Assembly: GCA_964343195.1 (NCBI GenBank)
Contig: CAYFIR010000007.1
Coordinates: 14,696-78,695, forward strand
DNA from: an uncultured Bacteroidia bacterium
GTDB lineage: Bacteria; Bacteroidota; Bacteroidia; J057
DNA length: 64,000 nucleotides
Direction of reading: 5' to 3'
In this document: piece by piece, positions 1-8,213 of the stretch
How the letters are laid out: every line of letters starts with the position of its first letter
Numbering within the stretch: the stretch's first letter is position 1
Position numbers and translations under genes: made by a program
The notes under the pieces: generated by a model
Seen by the model: only the letters and a program-made list of their open reading frames with translations
The model's database searches: none
What the model was told of the DNA's origin: nothing

Positions 1-58
1 CCGCGGGGGCAAACTTTCTATTTCTCAGGATAACATCCCCACCCTCTCACTGGCAGGG

Positions 59-754
59 ATGAACTTCCTGCTGCCTGATAGCATGTCGATTGAGGTTCTC
101 AAGGAAGTAATCCTGGCCCGGGTCTATGATGCCCAGCTACCCGAAGGCTCTGTGGTGCTGGATGTAGGCATGAATACCGGTATTACCAGTCTATGGCTGG
201 CCCGCCAACCCGAGGTTCAGCGCATTTATGCCTACGAACCCATGCCAGACCTGTTTGACCAGGCGCAGCGGCTCTTTGCGCTCAACGAGGGACCTGGCGA
301 AAAAATCTCCCCTCAGCCATTTGGGCTTTCAGCCTATTCCCGGACTGGGGTATTTGCTTACGCCCAGGATTATGGGGTTTACAGCAGTGAATTTTTTGCT
401 CCTCCGGCAGCAGAAAGCATGAGCGTTGAAGCCCCTCTTCGGGGAATTTCGGAAGAACTGGCTCGAATTACTGCTGTGCACCCCCAGGCTCCTCTGATCC
501 TGAAACTCGATGCCGAAGGAGCTGAATACGAACTGATTCCAGCATTGGCAGCGGATGGCTGGTTAAGCCGATTTGACTTTCTGATGATCGAATGGCATCA
601 AAAGGGTACGGCAGACCTCCTGCCTCATCTTGAGAAAGCTGGATTTCATACCCTCCTGCGCCAGGAACATGCTGACCGGGGCATGATCTACGCTTTGGCC
701 CCTGATGCACATCCCCTCCCACTATTTCAAGCCAGCTTGCATGACACGTATTAG
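59..754 (+). CDS. FkbM-family SAM-dependent methyltransferase (Methyltransf_21). It may be complete or may extend beyond the left window edge, since there is no in-frame stop upstream of position 59.
   Basis: Motifs 'VLDVGMNTGITS' (SAM-binding G-rich loop) and 'LKLDAEGAEYELI', typical of FkbM-family methyltransferases. Its stop overlaps the next gene's start (ATGA). Confidence 0.65.
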   Translation: MNFLLPDSMSIEVLKEVILARVYDAQLPEGSVVLDVGMNTGITSLWLARQPEVQRIYAYEPMPDLFDQAQRLFALNEGPGEKISPQPFGLSAYSRTGVFAYAQDYGVYSSEFFAPPAAESMSVEAPLRGISEELARITAVHPQAPLILKLDAEGAEYELIPALAADGWLSRFDFLMIEWHQKGTADLLPHLEKAGFHTLLRQEHADRGMIYALAPDAHPLPLFQASLHDTY

Positions 755-1670
755 CGTAATCATCCCGACATATCAGCGTCCGGAAAGCCTCTTTCGCTGC
801 CTATTGGCCCTGGCTAACCAGACTTTTGCCCCCAACCAGTTTGAGGTAATTGTCGTTGACGATGGCTCCGGTACTGAAGCCATCGAACAAATAAAAAATT
901 CAACCAAGGATTTTCCCTTTTCCCTGGAAGTACTCAGTCAGCCCAACCAGGGGCCAGCCGCGGCGCGCAACCTGGGTATCGAGCAGGCTCAGTCCCCCCT
1001 CATTGCCTTTACAGATGATGACTGCGTACCCGAACCAGAATGGCTGGAGGCGCTCGAAGCAGCATGGACTGGCTCACCTGATTGTGCGGGAATAGGAGGT
1101 TTCACTTATCGGCTGGAAGAGCAGCAGGTAGCCCGATACATCGATTATGCCGGCTCCCTGCAACCCAATCGCCATCCCGCCGGCTACCTCAATTATATCG
1201 TTACCTGCAATGCCCTGTTTCAGCGGGAGGCTCTGCTAAAAGTCGGGGGCTTTGAGACGCAGGTGCGATGGGCGGGCGGCGAAGAACCCATCCTAGGAGC
1301 ACGGTTGAGAGAAGCTGGGTACCACTTCCTGGAAGCGCCAGCGGCCCGTGTTCAGCATCAGCATCCCCGGTCCTGGCAGGCTCTGTTTCGGATGTTCTGG
1401 CGCTATGGCCGGGGCGAATGGGCTGGTACCCAAAGCGGAGTGCGAAAAGGCTATAGCGGAAACCTGCTCTACTTCATCAAACTTTTTCTGCTGGATGGGT
1501 GGAGTATCCTGATGGGGCCACGGGTGAAATGGAAAGACAAAATTCCCTTTTTGCTCCTCTCCACCGTCAAAGCCCTCGGCAGCATTAGCGGCTGGAGGTA
1601 CCAGCGCAGTCAGCCTCCCCCCCAAACAGAAACATCTCCATCTGCCCCTGATCCTCAAACAGTTACCTGA
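741..1670 (+). CDS. Family 2 glycosyltransferase (GT-A fold)
   Basis: N-terminal 'ISVIIPTYQRPESLFRCLLALANQTF...EVIVVDDGS' and a DxD-like 'FTDDDC'. The start was trimmed to the internal ATG (M13) that overlaps the FkbM stop. Confidence 0.8.
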   Translation: MTRISVIIPTYQRPESLFRCLLALANQTFAPNQFEVIVVDDGSGTEAIEQIKNSTKDFPFSLEVLSQPNQGPAAARNLGIEQAQSPLIAFTDDDCVPEPEWLEALEAAWTGSPDCAGIGGFTYRLEEQQVARYIDYAGSLQPNRHPAGYLNYIVTCNALFQREALLKVGGFETQVRWAGGEEPILGARLREAGYHFLEAPAARVQHQHPRSWQALFRMFWRYGRGEWAGTQSGVRKGYSGNLLYFIKLFLLDGWSILMGPRVKWKDKIPFLLLSTVKALGSISGWRYQRSQPPPQTETSPSAPDPQTVT

Positions 1671-1720
1671 CTTTCTTATCCTCCATCCCGACCTTCCGCA
1701 CTTCGACTCCTTTTGCCTCT

Positions 1721-3181
1721 ATGACCGTCAAGTCTCTCACTCATCCCTGGCGCCTTTGGCACGCCCTCCTGCTGGTGGGAGTATTGACAACGTATTTGTT
1801 GGTGCGCTATACCCAGCTATTACCCTGGCTGGGGATCTGGATGCCTCCAGCCATTACAGGGATAGTACCAGGCTGGGCAGGAATCGTGCTGGTAGGACTA
1901 TTTAGCTGGGCGGGGTTGACATTGCTGCGAAGGAAAAAAGTTTTGGCCAATCGGACCGTACTGGGAGCAAGTGGCCTGATACTCGCGGGGAGCCTGGTAC
2001 TTGGCACCTTTAGCTATACACCCTTCAACGATGAAGAGCGCGATCATGCAGTGGTCCAAAGTCTTAGCCAATATGGAGTCGCGCAGTATTGGGGGATACC
2101 CGATGAAATGCCTGAGGCAGAAGCAAATCGCATTCGATTTCAGCAACGGCTTCATCCACCTCTGAATAGTCTCTTAGGCGGTTTATTTCTTGGCCCAATG
2201 GTTGCCCTTCAGCATCTCCGGCTTTTCTGGCTGCTGATTGCTGGCCTGGGGGCACTGCTATTGATCCGGCTGGGAAGAGCCAGCCCAGGAACCAGTGCCT
2301 TGCTGCTAGGCGGAATTCTGCTGCTCAGTTTCCCTCACTTTCGGAACTACATGATCATTCGGGCGGGAAATGACCTGCTGGGATTCGTCGGGATGTCTGC
2401 CTGGGTATTGATACAGATCCCGATCATCCGAAATAAGCAACCGTGGTCCTGGAAAAGCGGACTGCTTATGGTGCTCTTTCTGGGACTCGCCATTTGGAGC
2501 AAATTTAGCTCCCTGGTAGCTGTGTCGGCGTGGTTGGCCGCCCTGGGGGTCATGGCCATCAGGCACAAAGAATGCCGAGGCATCTGGCTCGCGGGAATCG
2601 CTGCCTTGATTATGGTATTGGCGGCCTACGGCATTTGCTGGGCTGGCACACCGATGCTTCAGGGACAACTGGCACACTATGGGAAATATGCCCTTCGCCT
2701 CGGCATCGAACTTCCGTTTGCAGAAATGGCGCCCCCCCCCCCTGATGAGACCAGCCAAAACCCTGATAATCAATCCGATGCCATGGAAGCGCTCGCTTCC
2801 TACCAACACAGTCCATCTCAGTGGTACCCCGCGGCCCGATTAATCGGCACGGCAGCGAGGCTACCATTTTGGTTGGGCCCCTGGGTAGGAGCCCTGTTGA
2901 TTCTGGCGATCTACAGCCGGCTGCGACATCCTGATCGCTGGTCTCCCCCCGATCGACTGATCGGCAACTGGCTGGTGCTGGGGGTAATCGGGGTGATGTT
3001 AGTAGAACCAGCCATTCACTATACCGCTCCGCTAACCTTCGGGATGCTATGGGTAGGGCTATATGCATGGAACGTCGAAGGGGGAATCCGCGCCCATGAT
3101 CCCCGCCTTCTATTTCTGATCATGCTCTTCGCCGGGGCAGACATCATGATGCCAGTGGTGGCTCACTGGATCACAGGATAA
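1721..3181 (+). CDS. Polytopic membrane protein, possibly a GT-C-fold glycosyltransferase (ArnT/PMT-like)
   Basis: More than ten predicted hydrophobic helices. An acidic 'FNDEERDH' motif sits in the first extracytoplasmic loop, like the DE/DD motif of GT-C enzymes. A Pro-rich hydrophilic insert 'EMAPPPPDETSQNPDNQSD' is present. Confidence 0.4.
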   Translation: MTVKSLTHPWRLWHALLLVGVLTTYLLVRYTQLLPWLGIWMPPAITGIVPGWAGIVLVGLFSWAGLTLLRRKKVLANRTVLGASGLILAGSLVLGTFSYTPFNDEERDHAVVQSLSQYGVAQYWGIPDEMPEAEANRIRFQQRLHPPLNSLLGGLFLGPMVALQHLRLFWLLIAGLGALLLIRLGRASPGTSALLLGGILLLSFPHFRNYMIIRAGNDLLGFVGMSAWVLIQIPIIRNKQPWSWKSGLLMVLFLGLAIWSKFSSLVAVSAWLAALGVMAIRHKECRGIWLAGIAALIMVLAAYGICWAGTPMLQGQLAHYGKYALRLGIELPFAEMAPPPPDETSQNPDNQSDAMEALASYQHSPSQWYPAARLIGTAARLPFWLGPWVGALLILAIYSRLRHPDRWSPPDRLIGNWLVLGVIGVMLVEPAIHYTAPLTFGMLWVGLYAWNVEGGIRAHDPRLLFLIMLFAGADIMMPVVAHWITG

Positions 3182-3199
3182 ACAAGCAATTGCAGCAAT

Positions 3200-4078
3200 A
3201 TGGTACCCACAATAGACTCATCTCCCACGGAAACTCATCCTCTGAGCCAGGCTGCGGCCCCCGCCCCTTTGCCGAAACTGGATTTTTTCATTCTGGGAGC
3301 TGGTCGGTGCGGAACCTCGTCGCTATATGCCATGCTCTGCCAGCATCCGCAGCTTTTTCTTCCATCCGAAAAAGAACCCAGCTTTTTTTCCCAGGGATTT
3401 CAGGTCGTAAAAACCCATCGGGAATATGCAGCTCTATATACAGCCGCGCAACCGGGTCAGCTACTGGGCGATGCCTCCCATGTTTACCTGACCAATCCCG
3501 GCACGGCCAAACTACTTCAACAGCGTTATCCCAATGCCCGCTTCATCCTGATTTTTCGTCCTCCTGCCGAGCGCGCTTTTTCTCTTTACCATTTCATGCG
3601 GAGGCATCAGTTGGATCCCCTTCCCACATTCGAAATGGCCTTGAAGGCAGAGCCTGAGCGAAAAGCTCGCTATATCGCCAGTGGCGAGGCCCCTCATTAC
3701 ATCTACAACTTCCTCTACCGGGAATCCGGCCTTTTTGGGAGACAGGTAGCGCGATATCTGGACCTGTTTCCCCAATCTCAGTTTCACTTTCTGACCCTGT
3801 CCCAGCTCCATAACAGGCCACGGGGAAGCGTTAAAGATATTTTTCGCTTTCTGGGCGTCGATGAAAGCTTTGCTGTTCAGCCCATTTGGATCAATCAAAG
3901 TCCCCACATCCGCAGGAAATTTTCTTTTCTCCGGAAATCGAGCTGGGCTTCAGGGCTAACCAGGAGACCCAGCCCTCTGCATGTCCCCCCTATGTGTCCC
4001 CATACCAGGGCACAGCTCGACTCATACTTTCAGCCTGACGGGCAGCTCTTATATCAACTCACGGGTATTACCCTTTGA
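3200..4078 (+). CDS. Sulfotransferase (PAPS-dependent)
   Basis: 5'-PSB-like motif 'FFILGAGRCGTSSLYAML' and 3'-PB-like region 'ILIFRPPAERAFSLYHF'. The C-terminal 'FRFLGVD' is shared with the second sulfotransferase at 15150..15998. Confidence 0.7.
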   Translation: MVPTIDSSPTETHPLSQAAAPAPLPKLDFFILGAGRCGTSSLYAMLCQHPQLFLPSEKEPSFFSQGFQVVKTHREYAALYTAAQPGQLLGDASHVYLTNPGTAKLLQQRYPNARFILIFRPPAERAFSLYHFMRRHQLDPLPTFEMALKAEPERKARYIASGEAPHYIYNFLYRESGLFGRQVARYLDLFPQSQFHFLTLSQLHNRPRGSVKDIFRFLGVDESFAVQPIWINQSPHIRRKFSFLRKSSWASGLTRRPSPLHVPPMCPHTRAQLDSYFQPDGQLLYQLTGITL

Positions 4079-4108
4079 CCATCCCTTCATCCAGAACTCA
4101 TTATTCCT

Positions 4109-4969
4109 ATGGAAAACACACTTCCTATCAGAAATGTCAGTGCTGTACAGCAGCAACGTCTGCTCACATTTTATGAAAAAGCGGACCAACAGGGCATCGC
4201 TCCACCGCGTGATTACTTCTGGTACCACAGCATCGATCTCGGATCGGGGGTCTGCACGCCGGGTGTCTATGACCTGCGGGACAAATGGCACCACTACCAT
4301 TTCCCTGATACCCTGCATGGAAAGCGTATCCTCGACGTAGGCGCTGCTACCGGATTCTTTTCCTTCGAATTTGCCAAAATGGGTGGCGAGGTCATGGCAG
4401 TGGAGCTGTCGAGTCTGGACGAGCTGGATAGCTTTCCTGGGCAGGATCGGGAAGTCCTTGCCCAGAAGGCCGCCAAATACATGATGGGATACGTGGTCGA
4501 GCCACCGAAAAACTGGGATACGGAAAGCCTGTACCACCCATTTTTGGCTGGACCTTTTGACTATTGCCAACAGGTACTCGGGCTGTCTGTTCCTCGGGTT
4601 TTCAAAAGCATCTACGCGCTTTCTCCCGAATCAGAGGGATTCTTTGACTGGGTGTTTGTAGGCGATGTTTTACTTCATACCCTTCGCCCCCTGGAAGCCC
4701 TAAGTGCCGCAGCTTCGGTATGCCGCGACACCCTGGTTATCGCCCAGCAGCTTACCCCAATCGGAGGAGATACTCCGCTGCTGATCTATACGGGAGGGCA
4801 GGATCCTGCGGATGATGAGTCGGCCTGGTGGATGCCCAATCTCGCCTGGTTTGAGCACCTGCTCCACAAGGTCGGATTCAGGAAAGTCGTCGTAAAGTCC
4901 AGCTTCGAGGACACTTATATTCCTGTAGGTCAGCCCATTACCCGCACAGTCATCCACGCAACCCGATAG
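4109..4969 (+). CDS. Class I SAM methyltransferase, DUF1698/CmoB-like
   Basis: 'YFWYHSIDLGSGVCTPG' (the DUF1698 signature seen in CmoB) followed by 'ILDVGAATGFFSFEFAKMGGEVMAVE' (SAM motif I). Confidence 0.6.
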   Translation: MENTLPIRNVSAVQQQRLLTFYEKADQQGIAPPRDYFWYHSIDLGSGVCTPGVYDLRDKWHHYHFPDTLHGKRILDVGAATGFFSFEFAKMGGEVMAVELSSLDELDSFPGQDREVLAQKAAKYMMGYVVEPPKNWDTESLYHPFLAGPFDYCQQVLGLSVPRVFKSIYALSPESEGFFDWVFVGDVLLHTLRPLEALSAAASVCRDTLVIAQQLTPIGGDTPLLIYTGGQDPADDESAWWMPNLAWFEHLLHKVGFRKVVVKSSFEDTYIPVGQPITRTVIHATR

Positions 4970-6133
4970 TTGATGTCTCTACGAAGTTCCCGCTCTGCTA
5001 CCGACACGACCCTGTTCGTTCGATTCCCGTCTCCGCTGAAAGTTGACGGCTGGGAGTTCCGGTATGCCAACAGGATGTGCCGCGAGTACATGGCAGAGGG
5101 GCTAGCCCAGCTGGGGTTGAACATCGTCAGTGTACAAGATGCCGACGAATTATCCGACCTGCCTTCCGGGGCTATGGTTTTGTGGTGGGAAGATCCACTT
5201 TTGATGGTCGCACCGGAGACTCTGAGGCAACTGATCGATGGGATCGACAAAGGTTATGAAGCCGTTGCTCCTAAGTTATCCGGCACCTCATTCCCAAATC
5301 AGCAGGCATCGCCGTCCTTTGGCATCGTAAATCAGGCCACTTTTGAGGAATACAACAGCCTGTCGAAAAGACCAAGGTGGCAGGTAGTCCCTGCCCTGGA
5401 TCCTCAGTTTGTGCTGTGCCGAACGCAGGCTTTCAAAACGCCTCCAACCGATGGCCGATTTAGGGGAAAGCAGGCAGTTTTGCTCGACTCCCTGGCATTC
5501 AGCTTTGGCACATCGACCGGACATCCCAGACAGGATTTGCTGGAGATGATTCCGAATGAAGTCAGCGACGCACTGGACATAGGATGCGCCAACGGAGGCT
5601 TAGGCCGTCTTTGGCAGGAACGGAACTCTACGAAAATGGATGGACTGGAGCCGGAGCCGCTTCAGGCTGCGGAAGCGCGAAAATGGCATCGCAATGTCTG
5701 GGAAAAGCCCCTGGAGACATTTGAACCTGACCGAACCTACGACCTGATCATCTGTGGTGATGTGATTGAGCACCTGGATGATCCCTGGACACAGCTTGCA
5801 CGCATGGCCAGGTGGATTCGTCCGACAGGATATATGTTGCTGAGCGTCCCCAATGCGGGACACTGGAGCCTGGTAGCTGATCAGGCCAATGGAAAATTCC
5901 CCTACCTCCCCTGGGGCCTCACCTGCATTACCCATCGCCGCTGGTTTACGGAAAGTTCCATTCGGGAAGCGCTCGAAAGCACTGGCTTTACTCCTGTGCG
6001 CTGGGAACGGGAGCAACCTCTGCCTTCACCCAAGGGAGAGACGTTCATCCAAACACTACAAAAGGCGGGGCTGGGGAACGAAACTTCGCTCAGAACCCAT
6101 CAGATACGAGTACTCGCCCAAAAGAATTCATGA
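4970..6133 (+). CDS. Two-domain protein: an N-terminal domain of unknown function (~190 aa) plus a C-terminal class I SAM methyltransferase
   Basis: 'ALDIGCANGGLGRL' (motif I), 'DLIICGDVIEHLDDP' (motif II-III) and 'GYMLLSVPN'. It starts immediately after the previous stop. Confidence 0.6.
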   Translation: MMSLRSSRSATDTTLFVRFPSPLKVDGWEFRYANRMCREYMAEGLAQLGLNIVSVQDADELSDLPSGAMVLWWEDPLLMVAPETLRQLIDGIDKGYEAVAPKLSGTSFPNQQASPSFGIVNQATFEEYNSLSKRPRWQVVPALDPQFVLCRTQAFKTPPTDGRFRGKQAVLLDSLAFSFGTSTGHPRQDLLEMIPNEVSDALDIGCANGGLGRLWQERNSTKMDGLEPEPLQAAEARKWHRNVWEKPLETFEPDRTYDLIICGDVIEHLDDPWTQLARMARWIRPTGYMLLSVPNAGHWSLVADQANGKFPYLPWGLTCITHRRWFTESSIREALESTGFTPVRWEREQPLPSPKGETFIQTLQKAGLGNETSLRTHQIRVLAQKNS

Positions 6134-7197
6134 TGGTAAGCATACTGATCGTCAACTACTTCACGGCCAAATGGCTACCGGCTCTGCTAGATATTCTCCT
6201 GCGGGAACCTCTGGTTGAGGAAGTTCTGATCCTGAACAATAGCCCGGCAGAGTCCCTCGATCACCTGCGAACCTCTGAAAAGGTCCATCTCCTTGACCTT
6301 GAGAAAAACCTGGGCTTTGGCAAAGCCATGAACAGAGGGGTAAAAGAGGCGAAGGGAGACTGGTGGTTGCTTCTCAATCCCGATACCCTGCCCGTGTCGG
6401 GGTTTCTGGCAGAATTGGTGCAGGCCGCTGAGGCTCATCAGGTACTCATGGCCGGGCCGCGCTTTTACTGGGATGAAGAACAGAAATGGCAACTGCCTCC
6501 TGCCTCTGGAGCTACAGCTGCTGAGGTGCTGGGTTCGCAAATGGGACATAGACATGCACTGGAATATCACACGCAGCGCATCCGCTGGCAGCAGCAGTAT
6601 GAACACTACTGGCAACAAGATGAGCCATTCTACCAGCCTTTTCTTTCAGGCGCCTGCCTCCTCATTCGCAATGCTCCTGACTGGTTTCCCGGAGGAAAAA
6701 TCTTTGACGAGCGGTTCTTTCTGTACTACGAAGACACCGACCTGGCCGTCCGCTGCATGCTTGCGCGACAGCCCAGCCTGTGTGTCCCTCAGGCAAACGT
6801 CATCCACTTTTGGGACCAGGCACCAAGAGAACAGAAAAATGAGCATGAATCCCTCGCATCGCAGGCTTTTTGGGACAAATATTATCCTGAGTTGGGGCAC
6901 AAGCCTCCACTCGCCCCAATAGCCCCTTCCAACACACTTCCCATCCCGGAGCCTGCCTTACTCGGAGAATTCCGGGTATCCCCCAGATTTACCTCTATGC
7001 CATTCGAAGAAGACTACCGCCTGGAAGTGGGCCTTAGCCCCTTGATGGTGCCATTTGTTCAGCGCCAGGTCGAGCCAGGGGAAGCCTGGTTGAGCGATGC
7101 CGCCTGGGACAGGCTGGCCGCCGGAACCTATTTCGCCCAAATCAGACAGTCTCATTCCGCTTATCCCCTACAATCATGGACCTGGAAAAAAGCATAA
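6130..7197 (+). CDS. Family 2 glycosyltransferase
   Basis: 'VSILIVNYFTAKWLPALLDILL...LILNNSP...GFGKAMNRG', a typical GT2 N-terminus. ATGA overlap with the upstream gene. Confidence 0.7.
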   Translation: MMVSILIVNYFTAKWLPALLDILLREPLVEEVLILNNSPAESLDHLRTSEKVHLLDLEKNLGFGKAMNRGVKEAKGDWWLLLNPDTLPVSGFLAELVQAAEAHQVLMAGPRFYWDEEQKWQLPPASGATAAEVLGSQMGHRHALEYHTQRIRWQQQYEHYWQQDEPFYQPFLSGACLLIRNAPDWFPGGKIFDERFFLYYEDTDLAVRCMLARQPSLCVPQANVIHFWDQAPREQKNEHESLASQAFWDKYYPELGHKPPLAPIAPSNTLPIPEPALLGEFRVSPRFTSMPFEEDYRLEVGLSPLMVPFVQRQVEPGEAWLSDAAWDRLAAGTYFAQIRQSHSAYPLQSWTWKKA

Positions 7198-8183
7198 ATA
7201 CCCCTTATGGCCGGGTTACCTTCCGGCCTTACACCCCAGAGGATGAATCTGATGTACTGGATGCCTGGCAGGCAGCTTTTGGCCAACCCATGGAGCCAGC
7301 CATCTGGCGCTGGAAGTTTCACGACAATCCTTACGGCCGTCATATGATGATGGCTCTGAATGAAGCGAAGGAGCCCATCGCCATGTACAATGGAGTACCG
7401 GTACCTGGCACGTGGGATGGAATCCCAATCCGATTTACCCAGCTAATGGATCATTTTTCCCATCCAGCCTATCGGCAAGTGGTAGAAGGGCGCAAAGGAA
7501 TATTCGTACTACTGGCAGACCATTTTTTTGACTGCTGGGGTGGGACTGAGAATGGCAGCATTTTCCATTATGGATTTCCCGGGCAAAAGCATTTTAAACT
7601 AGGTAAACTCTTCCTGGACTACACCCGCGTACAGCCAATGACCTACTTTCGAGTAACTCCAAGGCAACTCCGTCAATTATTTGCAGGACAGAGCTGGGAA
7701 CTGGCGACCATTACACGTGAATTGTTTGACCAATTGTGGGCGAATCAGGCGGAGTACTACCCCATATCAGTCAACAGGGATTTTGACTTTCTAAACTGGC
7801 GGTTTTTCTCTCATCCGATAAGACAGTACGCAACATGGGTTTCGCACGATAGATCTGGCAAACCAGTCGCCTATGTCATTGCACACCGCGACGCTAACAC
7901 CCTGCGAGTGGCAGATGTGTTCGGAGCCCGGCTTTCAATTTCAGAATGGAAAAAACTATGGCGGCAAATCGGCAGGCTATGGCATCAGGAAGGCATTCAG
8001 GAAGTAGAGATGTGGCTGGCCTCGGGCCACTTTATCACTCAGTCACTTTATGCAATGGGGTTACAACCCTCCTCAGAACCCTTTGGGGTCATTCCAGGCG
8101 GAAGGAGTTTTGACCCTCGACTACGGATGGAATGGATGAAATCCCACTTTTTCTTTACCCAGGCTGACCTCGACCTGCTATAA
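7176..8183 (+). CDS. Hypothetical protein, possibly a GNAT-fold FemAB-like (Acetyltransf_6) acyl/aminoacyl transferase
   Basis: The size (~335 aa) and motifs 'FDFLNWRFF' and 'GKPVAYVIAHRDANTLRVADVFG' resemble FemAB-like GNAT proteins. Identification is weak. Confidence 0.3.
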   Translation: MDLEKSINTPYGRVTFRPYTPEDESDVLDAWQAAFGQPMEPAIWRWKFHDNPYGRHMMMALNEAKEPIAMYNGVPVPGTWDGIPIRFTQLMDHFSHPAYRQVVEGRKGIFVLLADHFFDCWGGTENGSIFHYGFPGQKHFKLGKLFLDYTRVQPMTYFRVTPRQLRQLFAGQSWELATITRELFDQLWANQAEYYPISVNRDFDFLNWRFFSHPIRQYATWVSHDRSGKPVAYVIAHRDANTLRVADVFGARLSISEWKKLWRQIGRLWHQEGIQEVEMWLASGHFITQSLYAMGLQPSSEPFGVIPGGRSFDPRLRMEWMKSHFFFTQADLDLL

Positions 8184-8213
8184 GTACAATCTCCATAACC
8201 TCATTTCCTCCTC

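Noticed and set aside
2306-6618. Numerous antisense ORFs (e.g. 2306..2809-, 4049..4570-, 5600..6016-, 6187..6618-) inside the glycan-locus genes
   Set aside because: Each lies opposite a sense-strand gene with clear family motifs. High GC (~55%) generates long spurious open frames.
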